This document shows, one piece after another, positions 30,452 through 40,100 of a stretch of DNA of 64,000 nucleotides. This stretch comes from PVC group bacterium. Its GTDB lineage: Bacteria > Omnitrophota > Gorgyraeia > B26-G9. A program made the translations under genes and the position numbers. Location of the stretch: NCBI GenBank assembly GCA_024231215.1, contig JAAEQR010000072.1:129210-193209 (forward strand). Direction: 5' to 3'. How positions within the stretch are numbered: position 1 is the first letter of the stretch; every line of letters begins with the position of its first letter. Under the pieces are notes generated by a model. The model saw nothing but the letters and a program-made list of their open reading frames with translations. It had not been told where the DNA came from and made no database searches.

Positions 30452-30480
30452 TTGGTTAATAGTGAGAGTAGTTGATAGTT

Positions 30481-32652
30481 ATGAATAGAAATTCCAGAAT
30501 AATAGTTAAATTAGTGATTATCATGCTTATACAGATGATGATGACGGGGAATACTGTCTGGGCTTTGTCTCCTCATATACAAGTGCAAAATGCAGAGATG
30601 AGAAATGTATTTACTGACTCTGCTATTGATCAGGCACTTGAATATGAAAGAAAAATTCATGAAGAACTCAAACAAGAATTTGACAAGTCAAGAATTTGCA
30701 ATTTACCTAATAGGCAAAGATTTTTAGAAGATTTAGTCGAGGATCTGGATCAGGGGAAAAAGATTCAGGCGGTATATCTTAATATTCAAAATTTCAAGGG
30801 GGAATTTAATGATTTTGGGGATGCTTTGGATGAACTGGCAAAGTGGTATAAACAGGATAAAATGAGTGTTATTGGACATGAATTTGGCGATTTTGGGATT
30901 CAGGCTGTTGCTGAGTATTTGACAACATCGTTAAGGCAGATGCTGGGACAGACAGGGAATAGTAATGTCACATTCAAGATTTATAATGATGCAAAAAGTT
31001 TCTGGGTTATATTTGAGGATTTACCGGACTGGTTTGATGCTAAAGAAATTTTAGTTAAACTTCTGTCAGATGATTTTGCTTTTAAAAGTAATGTGGTTAA
31101 GAGAATTAAACAACGTATGGAAGAAAGAATTCAAAACAAAGAGCAAACAGGAGAAGTTGATTTAGTAAAAGCTAAAAAATTGAGAAATAGAATGAAAGAA
31201 TTTAATGAAAATAATTTTAATATCTATGCAGGTGTTTCCCAATTATTTACTCGCCAGAAAAATCAGAGTATTATTGCTACAGCTCATACTATAGATTCAC
31301 AGGTTCTTTTAGCTGCAAAATTTGCGCAGTTTAATTTGATAAATCATGATTTGGCAGCTGAGCAGAAAAAAAGGGTTAATGATGAAGAAGGACTGAAACA
31401 GTGGTTGAGGGGGGTTGTAGCAGAGTGTCGTGAGGCAAGAAAAAGCCGGGTAGAATCGTTTAACTTGGACTTGAGAAAGAAAGTGAGATTATACAAAAAA
31501 TATGGTCAAAGAGAAGAGTTGGAATCGATTTATACCCCTATTAAACAAGTATACGATGATGCCAATACTTATAAAAAACTTATGCAGAGATATGAAGCAG
31601 CATTGGAGACTAAAGATATTAATTTGATAAAAGAAGTTAAAAAAAATGCTTTCTGGAAGATGGTTGTATATCCTTTGGGTGATTTTTTAGATGGAATTGC
31701 AGCCAGACCAATATTCTCAGGAAATCAGAGAGTTGCGGATATGATAAATCATATAGTATTAAATCAGCCAGACCGGAATTGGTCAGGTACGTTTAAAATT
31801 GGTGGGGATGAATTTGTTAAGATAGTATGGGAAGCTGGAGAAGATAGATTATATAGTTATATTTACAGTTTTGATGTGAATAATTTAGGTCGAACTAATA
31901 TTCAATGGGGGGTAAGAGTTGGCGATATGCTTTTAGATACTATGGTCTGGCTGTTTGATGAACTGGAAAACCCAGATATGGAATATATCTATAAGTTTTT
32001 CCGGAACGAGAATAAAAAAGTAAAGAATTTTCGTGATTTAAATGTAGAGATTACAGCGAATGACTATGCATATCTTAGGGTGATGATGTCGGAAAATGGC
32101 AGAGATATTGAGGACTATACTTATACTAGAGATGGTAAGTACTATTTAGAACAAATACCTCCGGTACGGGTAGAAGTAGAAGATGAAAAGACAGGTGAAA
32201 TGACAGAGTATTATTCTACGCCTTTTGCGGCAATAGGTATGGTTCATGTTGATACGAAAGTAGTGCACAGGGCAAAATTAAGTAATGCTGAACCATTTAA
32301 TATCTACAGAAATTACGGTCCGGTACGTGGTCGTGCTGATAGTGCTTCATTAAGGGTAAAGGAATTTATAAAAAAATATCAACTTTATAATGGCGGAAAT
32401 GTTTCTCCTGATGCTCTTAAGAAAGCGAAAAGAAGGATGGAAGCTGACGCTTTGGAAGAAAAAGCTATTATTACGTTTAAAGAAGAAAAAATGTCGTTAT
32501 TGCAAAGAGAATTAGCAGAGTTTATTTTTGCACATTATGTTGAGCTTTCTGACCCGAGCAATAGTTCAAGAGATCAGGATGCGAATATTATTACCCAGGA
32601 TCATTTAAACGGGATGGAAGTGTCGTCTGAGTTGTGTGAACAGGCGATTTAA
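30481..32652 (+). CDS. exported protein with degenerate/permuted GGDEF domains, C-terminal EQAI family
   Basis: Signal MLIQ...NTVWA-LSP; NLPNRQRF, NIQNFKGEFND, GHEFGD, KIGGDEF, FDVNNL...GVRVGD; ends CEQAI. Confidence 0.8.
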   Translation: MNRNSRIIVKLVIIMLIQMMMTGNTVWALSPHIQVQNAEMRNVFTDSAIDQALEYERKIHEELKQEFDKSRICNLPNRQRFLEDLVEDLDQGKKIQAVYLNIQNFKGEFNDFGDALDELAKWYKQDKMSVIGHEFGDFGIQAVAEYLTTSLRQMLGQTGNSNVTFKIYNDAKSFWVIFEDLPDWFDAKEILVKLLSDDFAFKSNVVKRIKQRMEERIQNKEQTGEVDLVKAKKLRNRMKEFNENNFNIYAGVSQLFTRQKNQSIIATAHTIDSQVLLAAKFAQFNLINHDLAAEQKKRVNDEEGLKQWLRGVVAECREARKSRVESFNLDLRKKVRLYKKYGQREELESIYTPIKQVYDDANTYKKLMQRYEAALETKDINLIKEVKKNAFWKMVVYPLGDFLDGIAARPIFSGNQRVADMINHIVLNQPDRNWSGTFKIGGDEFVKIVWEAGEDRLYSYIYSFDVNNLGRTNIQWGVRVGDMLLDTMVWLFDELENPDMEYIYKFFRNENKKVKNFRDLNVEITANDYAYLRVMMSENGRDIEDYTYTRDGKYYLEQIPPVRVEVEDEKTGEMTEYYSTPFAAIGMVHVDTKVVHRAKLSNAEPFNIYRNYGPVRGRADSASLRVKEFIKKYQLYNGGNVSPDALKKAKRRMEADALEEKAIITFKEEKMSLLQRELAEFIFAHYVELSDPSNSSRDQDANIITQDHLNGMEVSSELCEQAI

Positions 32653-32768
32653 TGCTTCGACAAACTCACCACTAGAATATCTATGATTAATCAATCCATA
32701 TAACACATATATTTGTCTTGCCTTATGATTTCTAAATGTTAGAATATGTTTTGTAAGGGGGAAAGTAT

Positions 32769-34931
32769 ATGCCTATTTATAATTCTAGACAGAAAATAAA
32801 ATCAGGAATGACGCTTGGCGGTATTGGTGCAGGCAAGCTGGAAATCACTCCTTACGGAACCATAGATTATCTGACTCTCCAGAACAATTGGACTAATCCG
32901 CTAAAAAATCAAACCAATCAGGAAAAAGCAAAAGCACAGGGAGTGGCTGGTTTTCATTTTGCGTTGCATGTTAATACGCAGGCTGCGGTTGTCTGTAAGC
33001 TCTTACAGACAGAAAAAATCCAGGATTACAATACAATTAAACATATAGATTTTAATGCAAAGTTTCCGTTTGCCAATCTTACTTATAAAGATGATAATCT
33101 TCCGGTGGAGATATCCCTTTGTGCATATTCTTTTTTAATCCCCGGAGATGTTAAACATTCCAGCCTTCCGGCCGTGGTATTTGAATTCCAGATAAAAAAT
33201 AAGATTCATAAGGAAATAGAAGTAGGATTATTATCTATAGGCAGAAATATTATAAGCTGTAATTCGGTAGGTCGTTTTAATGCTTTGCGGAAGGAAGGTA
33301 AGCTTATAGGCATAGAATTTTCTCATGAAAAACCTTTGGCACATGATACAACTGCGGGAGATATGTTTATGGCTGTGCCTAAGAAGAGTGGAGAGATTAG
33401 TTTTTGGAGCCAGTGGAATATGCAGCGTGAGAAGTTTTGTTTTGAGCCGAATGTTGGGCTTGATGCTTTCGAGTATTTTGAAAAAGAAGGTTGTTTGCCG
33501 AATATAACTTCACATAAACCGACAGAAAGTCAGAGTGTTGAGCTCGGTGCTGCTTTGGCGGTAAATTCTACCCTTAAACCGCATGAACAGAAAAAAATAC
33601 CCTTTATTCTAACCTGGAATTTTCCGCGGCATTTTCAGGGACATTTTTATGAACGCGGTTTTAATAAAAGTCGGGATACTGCAGTTTATATATCAAAAAA
33701 CTTAGATAATTTAAAAGGTTCTACGACACAGCTGCCGATGATTTTAAATGAAATGGAGACTCCTGACTGGCTTAATGATGCTTTGATGAATAATTTATAT
33801 CCATTATTTTCTTCTACATGGTTTACCCGAAAGTCTGATTTTACGATGTATGAAGCACCGTTGTGTTGTCCTTTGATGGGAACTCTGGATGTGTATTTTT
33901 ATGCTTCTGTAGCTGTGGGATTTCTTTTCCCGGGGTTAGATAAACGTGCGCTTATGCTTTTTAAAAAGAATATGCGTAAATCAGGATATGTGCCGCACGA
34001 TATTGGCTATGAACGTATTGATTTACCGTCTAACGGGACAACTACTCCATTGTGGAAGGATCTTAATTCTAAACTTATTTTGCTTGTATATAAGGCGTAT
34101 TTAGGTTCAGGAGATCTAAAGTTTTTAAAAGAAATGTATCCAGCCCTTAAGAGAGCATTTGTATTCAGTCTGACGTATGATAAAAACGGAGATGGGTTAC
34201 CTGATAATGAAGGATTTGATACAACGTTTGATACTTGGGGCTTTACCGGAGCTAGTTCCTATAATGGCGGGGTGTTTTTAGTCGGACTTTTGGCGCTTAA
34301 ACGTATTGCAGAGATATTGAATGATAAAAAAACAGCTTTAAAATGTGTGCAGAGCTTTATGCGGGGAAGAAAGACAATGGAAGAAACGCTTTGGAACGGA
34401 AAATACTATATTACTGCTCTAAGCGATAATAAGAAATATGATTCATGCATGGTTGCCCAGCTTTTCGGGCAATGGTACGCATATCTTTTAGGATTGGGTC
34501 GAATGTTTCCGGAAGAAAATATCAAAAATTCAATTAGTTGGATATTTAAGTTAAATAATAACGATTCTCCGTTTGGAGCTACGAATTCTGTGTTTTTAAA
34601 CCGAAAGCGTGATGAACAGTACTATCACTCACGTAATATCTGGCCTGGAGTATGTTATTCTTTTGCCGCACTGGCTATCCATGAAGGTTTTGTAAAAGAA
34701 GGACTGAAATTAACGAAGAAAGTCTGGGATACTTTGAGTGTGAAAAATAAGAATCCCTGGAATCAGCCGGATGTAATAATTGCAAAAGACGGGAGTTTTG
34801 GGTTTGGTGATTATTATATGAGAAATATGGTGATCTGGGCGGTTCTTTTGGCTTTAGCGGAAAAAGATAAAAAAGTCAGAAGAGGGTTGGAAAAGATAAA
34901 AGAATTAGTGAATTCTCACATCACGCCTTAA
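32769..34931 (+). CDS. GH116 glycoside hydrolase (non-lysosomal glucosylceramidase family)
   Basis: GMTLGGIGAG, SSLPA, GTLDV, WKDLNSK, DKNGDGLPDN...TFDTW, QLFGQWY, YMRNM. Confidence 0.88.
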   Translation: MPIYNSRQKIKSGMTLGGIGAGKLEITPYGTIDYLTLQNNWTNPLKNQTNQEKAKAQGVAGFHFALHVNTQAAVVCKLLQTEKIQDYNTIKHIDFNAKFPFANLTYKDDNLPVEISLCAYSFLIPGDVKHSSLPAVVFEFQIKNKIHKEIEVGLLSIGRNIISCNSVGRFNALRKEGKLIGIEFSHEKPLAHDTTAGDMFMAVPKKSGEISFWSQWNMQREKFCFEPNVGLDAFEYFEKEGCLPNITSHKPTESQSVELGAALAVNSTLKPHEQKKIPFILTWNFPRHFQGHFYERGFNKSRDTAVYISKNLDNLKGSTTQLPMILNEMETPDWLNDALMNNLYPLFSSTWFTRKSDFTMYEAPLCCPLMGTLDVYFYASVAVGFLFPGLDKRALMLFKKNMRKSGYVPHDIGYERIDLPSNGTTTPLWKDLNSKLILLVYKAYLGSGDLKFLKEMYPALKRAFVFSLTYDKNGDGLPDNEGFDTTFDTWGFTGASSYNGGVFLVGLLALKRIAEILNDKKTALKCVQSFMRGRKTMEETLWNGKYYITALSDNKKYDSCMVAQLFGQWYAYLLGLGRMFPEENIKNSISWIFKLNNNDSPFGATNSVFLNRKRDEQYYHSRNIWPGVCYSFAALAIHEGFVKEGLKLTKKVWDTLSVKNKNPWNQPDVIIAKDGSFGFGDYYMRNMVIWAVLLALAEKDKKVRRGLEKIKELVNSHITP

Positions 34932-34980
34932 AATGGGGTTAAATTGCAAATCCTGCCTGTATATGCTATACTAACAAGCT

Positions 34981-35436
34981 ATGGAAAATAAGGTTATTGC
35001 GAGGAATAAAACGGCATTCCATCGCTACGATATCATTGAAAAAATCGAAGCAGGTATTGCTCTTAAAGGCACGGAAGTGAAGTCGCTTCGTAAGCATAAT
35101 GTTGATTTAAAAGACAGTTATGCCAGGGTCTCTAACGGTGAAGTATTTATTCACAATATGTATATAACTCCTTATGAAGAAGCTAGTTATAACAATGAAG
35201 AACCGCGACGTATTCGTAAGCTTTTATTGCATAAAAGAGAAATAGACAAACTCCTGGGTAAAGTACACCAGAAGAGCCTGACTATAATTCCGTTAAGCTT
35301 GTATTTTAATAATAAAGGAAAAGCTAAAATTGAACTGGCTGTGGCTAAAGGCCGGAAGATATATGACCAAAGGGAAAAGATAAAGAAGAAGGAAGTAGAA
35401 ATACAGTTACGCAAAGTCCAGAGTTTTAGAAAATAA
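34981..35436 (+). CDS. smpB: SsrA-binding protein
   Basis: EAGIALKGTEVKSLR, RKLLLHKREI, AKGRKIYD. Confidence 0.97.
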   Translation: MENKVIARNKTAFHRYDIIEKIEAGIALKGTEVKSLRKHNVDLKDSYARVSNGEVFIHNMYITPYEEASYNNEEPRRIRKLLLHKREIDKLLGKVHQKSLTIIPLSLYFNNKGKAKIELAVAKGRKIYDQREKIKKKEVEIQLRKVQSFRK

Positions 35437-35522
35437 TAGGTTCTTTGAAATCACAATACCTTTTTATATTAATTACGTTTTTTGGATTTTATTTTGTTGT
35501 TAATTTGTAATTTTTGTATTGG

Positions 35523-35954
35523 GGGGGTGAAAGGTTTCGACTTAGGTTAATTTAGTAAGAGCAGCATGTCGAGGTGGTCGGGAGGCCTCGTAAAACACCT
35601 GACAAACACATAAACGCTGAAAGTAAAATTCCAGCTAGCGTAGATTCACTCATTTCAAAAATTGGTGAGGGTATTTCTCATCCGGTTTTTGGAGGAATGG
35701 CTCTAAGCCCAAGTGTTGCTTTAAGATAAAGCAACCCGCTTTTTAGTGAGTGTCTGTGGCATTAAAAAGCGTCATAAGCAGGCTCGTTAAATATGGTTAG
35801 TTTTTGACATATTTGATTAAACATTTCAAAAGCTGCCTTTGCAAGTATCTTGTTTGTCGGAGACTTGTTGAGAAAGATTAAATGACAGACTAAACATGTA
35901 GATACTCTTATTGGTTTCTTAAGGACGCGGGTTCAATTCCCGCCACCTCCACCA
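35523..35954 (+). ncRNA. ssrA: tmRNA
   Basis: GGGGGTG/CACCTCC acceptor with G3:U, TTTCGAC, GCATGTCGAGG PK1 region, GGACGCGGGTTCAATTCCCGCC T-arm, ACCA end; adjacent to smpB. Confidence 0.95.
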
Positions 35955-36008
35955 TTCGACGTGGTTGCTCATGGTGAACCAGATTACAGTAGTTTTTGAA
36001 GGAATTTC

Positions 36009-37097
36009 ATGTTGGCTAGAAAACAGCGTTGCGATATAGTTATATGTTTTTTTATTTGTAGCCTGTTGATAAGCGGGTGTGCTTCATCAAAGGCGTTGAA
36101 GAGGACAGATGGAGCACAGCTTAGAATAGACAAAAAACATTATTTGAAACTTACTGATGTTTGTTCAGAACATGGGGTATCATGGCAATGGGACGGATTT
36201 TCTGATATTGTTATCGTTAAAAAGCTTAATCGAGAAATAAGATTATACCCCGGAAGTTCTTTGATACTGCATAACGGCCAGATTCAGGACATGTATATGC
36301 CGGTACAAATTAGTAAAGGGTTGATATTGGTCCCCATATCTTTTTTGAATTTGGTTGCAGATGGGCCTAAGGACTTCATTGATCAGGAAAAGGAATATAC
36401 TCTTGGCATAGAGAGAGTTGTTATTGACCCTGGCCACGGAGGTAAAGATCCTGGAGCAAGTAGTAATGGTATACAGGAAAAAAATATTGCTTTAGATGTT
36501 GCACAACGTTTAAAACAGGAGCTGGTTAAGCAGGGAATTCAGGTCATTATGACTCGTGATACAGATGTGTTCATTCCGTTACATGAACGCGCTGAGATTG
36601 CTAACCGGGCAAAGGCGGATTTTTTTATTAGTATACATGTGAATGCTTCTACTTCTAGTACTCCACATGGCTTTGAGGCGTTTTATTTATCAGATAAATA
36701 TGATAATTTTTCTAAAGCAGTACAAATAAGAGAAAATGCGGTTGTTAAATTAGAGAAAGGAAGCGAGCATAAATATACTACGGATTTAAATGCAACACTT
36801 TGGGATATGATTTTAGCTGAAAACCGGATTGAATCAATTGAAATGGCTTATGCGATTTCCGAAAAAATGGAAAGAATGTTACATTTAAAAACACGATATA
36901 TTAAAGGTGCTAATTTTTATGTATTAAAAGGCACTTGTGTCCCGGCAGTATTATTGGAAATCGGTTATCTGACAAATGGTACAGAAGGGGCAAGGCTTAA
37001 TAATGTTTATTATCGGCAGATGATTGCAGAAACAATTGCTGCGGGTATTGTTGGTTATAAAGAGCGTTTTGAACTAACGAATGGATTTAGCAGATGA
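36009..37097 (+). CDS. N-acetylmuramoyl-L-alanine amidase (Amidase_3), lipoprotein
   Basis: Lipobox LISGC, IDPGHGGKDPGA, FISIHVNA, PAVLLEIGY. Confidence 0.93.
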   Translation: MLARKQRCDIVICFFICSLLISGCASSKALKRTDGAQLRIDKKHYLKLTDVCSEHGVSWQWDGFSDIVIVKKLNREIRLYPGSSLILHNGQIQDMYMPVQISKGLILVPISFLNLVADGPKDFIDQEKEYTLGIERVVIDPGHGGKDPGASSNGIQEKNIALDVAQRLKQELVKQGIQVIMTRDTDVFIPLHERAEIANRAKADFFISIHVNASTSSTPHGFEAFYLSDKYDNFSKAVQIRENAVVKLEKGSEHKYTTDLNATLWDMILAENRIESIEMAYAISEKMERMLHLKTRYIKGANFYVLKGTCVPAVLLEIGYLTNGTEGARLNNVYYRQMIAETIAAGIVGYKERFELTNGFSR

Positions 37098-37903
37098 AAA
37101 CTTCAAGACCGATTGGTATTTTTGATTCCGGGATGGGTGGGTTAACTGTTGTTAAAGAGATTACCCGTATTTTACCGCAGGAAGACATTGTTTATTTTGG
37201 TGATACAGCAAGAGTTCCTTATGGGCCTAAGTCTGAGGAAACAGTAATTCGTTTTTCTATCGAAAATATTCTTTTTCTATTAAAATATAATGTTAAATTA
37301 ATTGTTGTAGCTTGTAACACTGCTTCGAGTGTTGCGTTACCTACACTGAAAAAACATTTTAAAATTCCGCTTTTAGGTGTGATTGAGCCAGGGGCGGAAA
37401 AGGCAGTTGGTATTACAAAAAATAGAAAAGTAGGAGTTATTGGTACCAAGACTACAATTAAAAGTGGAGCGTATAAGCGGAATATAAAAGAAAATGCTGC
37501 GGATGTGAATGTGTACAGTGCTTCTTGTCCGCTTTTTGTGCCATTGGTGGAGGAGGGCTGGTTTAATCATCCGATAACAAAGAAGATTGCTTATGAATAT
37601 CTGGATCCGCTTAAGGCTAAAGGCATAGATAGTGTTGTTTTAGGATGTACGCATTATCCTTTGCTTAAACCAGTGATCAGGCAGGTATTGGGTAAGAATG
37701 TTGCTTTGATTGATTCTGCGAAGCAGGTTGCTCAGCAGTCAAGGTTGATCTTGGAGCAGAATAACTTAATTAGAAAGAGGAATAAATCTCAAGTAGCTAA
37801 GGTTAGATTTTTTGTTAGTGATGAACCGGAAAACTTTGCCCGACAGGGGAGTAAATTTCTCGGGGTTCCATTGCACGATGTGAGGAAGGTGTCTAATGTT
37901 TGA
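37094..37903 (+). CDS. murI: glutamate racemase
   Basis: FDSGMGGL, PYG, VACNTAS, LGCTHYP. Confidence 0.97.
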   Translation: MKTSRPIGIFDSGMGGLTVVKEITRILPQEDIVYFGDTARVPYGPKSEETVIRFSIENILFLLKYNVKLIVVACNTASSVALPTLKKHFKIPLLGVIEPGAEKAVGITKNRKVGVIGTKTTIKSGAYKRNIKENAADVNVYSASCPLFVPLVEEGWFNHPITKKIAYEYLDPLKAKGIDSVVLGCTHYPLLKPVIRQVLGKNVALIDSAKQVAQQSRLILEQNNLIRKRNKSQVAKVRFFVSDEPENFARQGSKFLGVPLHDVRKVSNV

Positions 37904-38264
37904 AATAAGTGTTGTCTCAAATTTTAGTGCGGCACATAATTTGCTTAATTATAAGGGTAAGTGTGAGAATTTACACGGTCATAATTGGCAGGTCGAAGCA
38001 GTGTTTGGCGCAGAAGAGTTGGATAAAAGTGAAATGGTTATGGATTTCAAAGATGCCAAAAAGATCTTGAAAAATATTTTAAGATCTTTTGATCATAGTT
38101 ATATAAATGATACAGAGCATTTTAAAAAGATGAGTCCTACTTCGGAAAACATTGCTCGCTTTATTTTTAAGTGTTTGGTTGAAAAAACAAAACATCGTAA
38201 ATATCGGGTATTAAGAGTTAGTGTTTGGGAAACCCCTGGAAGTAAGGCTACTTACTATGAATGA
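37896..38264 (+). CDS. queD: 6-carboxytetrahydropterin synthase
   Basis: FSAAH, CENLHGHNW, PTSENIA, VWETP. Confidence 0.95.
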   Translation: MFEISVVSNFSAAHNLLNYKGKCENLHGHNWQVEAVFGAEELDKSEMVMDFKDAKKILKNILRSFDHSYINDTEHFKKMSPTSENIARFIFKCLVEKTKHRKYRVLRVSVWETPGSKATYYE

Positions 38265-38341
38265 ACAAAGGGGGTTCCGCGAACGAAGTGAAGCGCTACT
38301 TCCGGGCAATAAAGCAACATATTATGAATAAGAAATTAGGA

Positions 38342-39004
38342 ATGAAGAAGCGGGCAGTGGTGTTATTGTCGGGAGGGTTGGATTCGGCAACAACACTCTA
38401 CTTTGCCCGAAAAAAAGGGTATGAAATATTCTGTCTTTGCTTTGATTATGGGCAGCGGCATAAGAAAGAAATAAAATTAGCGCAGAAGTTAGCGTGTGTT
38501 TCAGGAAGTAAATGGCAAATGGTTAAGTTTAGTATGCCCTGGACAAGTTCTTCGTTATTGGATAAAAAAAGATTGGTACCTAAAGATCGTGATTTTAATG
38601 GAGAAATTCCATCGACATATGTGCCGGCAAGAAATATTGTGTTTTTAAGTTTCGCTGCATCTTTTGCCGAAGCTGTTGGTGCAAGAGTTGTTTTTATCGG
38701 AGCAAATCAAATTGATTATTCCGGATATCCAGACTGTAGGGATGATTTCCTGAAAGCTTTTGAGCAAGCTTTACGCAAAGGAACGAAGAGCGGGGTGGAA
38801 GGCCGGAAGAAGATATCGATTATAGCGCCTTTGGTAAATAAAAATAAAGCCCAGATAATAAAAATGGCAAAAAAATTAGGAGTACCTCTTGAGCTTACGT
38901 GGTCTTGCTATAATGGCGGTAAATCACCTTGCGGTGTTTGTGATAGCTGTCGTCTTCGCAGTCATGGTTTTGAAAAAGCAAAAAGTAAAGATCCTGTGCA
39001 ATGA
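38342..39004 (+). CDS. queC: 7-cyano-7-deazaguanine synthase
   Basis: LLSGGLDS, YVPARN, YPDCR, TWSCY, CGVCDSC; start may be 38324. Confidence 0.95.
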   Translation: MKKRAVVLLSGGLDSATTLYFARKKGYEIFCLCFDYGQRHKKEIKLAQKLACVSGSKWQMVKFSMPWTSSSLLDKKRLVPKDRDFNGEIPSTYVPARNIVFLSFAASFAEAVGARVVFIGANQIDYSGYPDCRDDFLKAFEQALRKGTKSGVEGRKKISIIAPLVNKNKAQIIKMAKKLGVPLELTWSCYNGGKSPCGVCDSCRLRSHGFEKAKSKDPVQ

Positions 39005-39687
39005 AGCTAACTGAGGGTAAAATTTCTGAGGTTTTTTTTAGTATACAAGGGGAAGGTCTTTATACTGGTACGCCGCATATTTTTGTTCGTTTTTTTGGCT
39101 GTAATATAGATTGTTCTTATTGCGACACGAAATTAACCAAATATAATATATATAATATCCGTTCATTGAAAAAGGCGGTAGATGCTTTAAAGCAAAGGTA
39201 TAACGCCAGATATATAAGTTTGACTGGTGGTGAGCCGTTGTTGCAGAACGACTTTATTTATAAGTTTTTAGGTCAAGTGGGTTTTAAAAAACAGTTTGTT
39301 TATCTGGAGACAAATGGTATACTATATCACAATTTCCAACTGATAAAAGACAGGGTTGATATAGTGGCTATGGATATAAAACTTCCGGATGCTGTAAATA
39401 AACAGGAGTTTTGGCCGGAGCATAAGAAGTTCTTAAAGTTGTGTTTAGATAAAGAAGTATTTGTGAAAATAGTAGTTACAGTATCAACTAAGCTGGCAGA
39501 TATAAAAAAGGCAGTTACGCTGATTAAAGAGGTTGATGAAAATATTCCATTAGTACTGCAGCCTAATTACTCAGAATGGACAGAAAAATTAATACGCAAA
39601 TGTAAGGAATTGCAAACAACAGCTTTGCATGATTTAAAAGATGTGAGGGTAATCCCTCAGATGCATAAAATAATGGGGTTAAGATAA
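39001..39687 (+). CDS. queE: 7-carboxy-7-deazaguanine synthase
   Basis: SIQGEG, CNIDCSYCDT, TGGEPLL, PQMHK. Confidence 0.93.
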   Translation: MKLTEGKISEVFFSIQGEGLYTGTPHIFVRFFGCNIDCSYCDTKLTKYNIYNIRSLKKAVDALKQRYNARYISLTGGEPLLQNDFIYKFLGQVGFKKQFVYLETNGILYHNFQLIKDRVDIVAMDIKLPDAVNKQEFWPEHKKFLKLCLDKEVFVKIVVTVSTKLADIKKAVTLIKEVDENIPLVLQPNYSEWTEKLIRKCKELQTTALHDLKDVRVIPQMHKIMGLR

Positions 39688-40100
39688 TGAGCCAAAAAGC
39701 TAAGAAAAAAAAGACAAATAGTGACTACGAAGGGTTGCAGAAATCAATTCGAAAATTAAAAACTCCGGAAATCGAAGTGTGGGAAAACCAGTATTGTGAT
39801 AAAGATTACTGGATAGAAATGGATGTCCCGGAATTTACCTGTATTTGTCCAAAGACAGGCTTGCCTGATTTTGCGATTATAAACATCGACTATCGTCCAA
39901 ATAAATACTGTATTGAGCTGAAATCATTCAAGTACTACATAAATAGCTATCGTAGTGTAGGAGTATTTCATGAACATGTTATAAATAAAATATTGGAAGA
40001 TTTTATAAAGGCAAGTAAGCCTCGGCAGGTGGTAATTACCGGCGAATTCAACTTGCGCGGAGGAATAAAAACTACAGTTTGCGCGGAATATAAAAAATAA
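39687..40100 (+). CDS. queF: preQ1 synthase
   Basis: EFTCICPKTGLPDFA, ELKSFK, FHE, RGGI. Confidence 0.95.
   Translation: MSQKAKKKKTNSDYEGLQKSIRKLKTPEIEVWENQYCDKDYWIEMDVPEFTCICPKTGLPDFAIINIDYRPNKYCIELKSFKYYINSYRSVGVFHEHVINKILEDFIKASKPRQVVITGEFNLRGGIKTTVCAEYKK

Noticed and set aside
32655-35980. TTCGAC...CTCA fragments at about 32657 and 35955 resembling REP half-sites
   Set aside because: Too short and degenerate to distinguish from chance
37896-40100. queDCEF as a 7-deazaguanine DNA-modification (dpd) defence system
   Set aside because: QueF is present, there is no dpdA/tgtA5, and the context is housekeeping; ordinary queuosine synthesis
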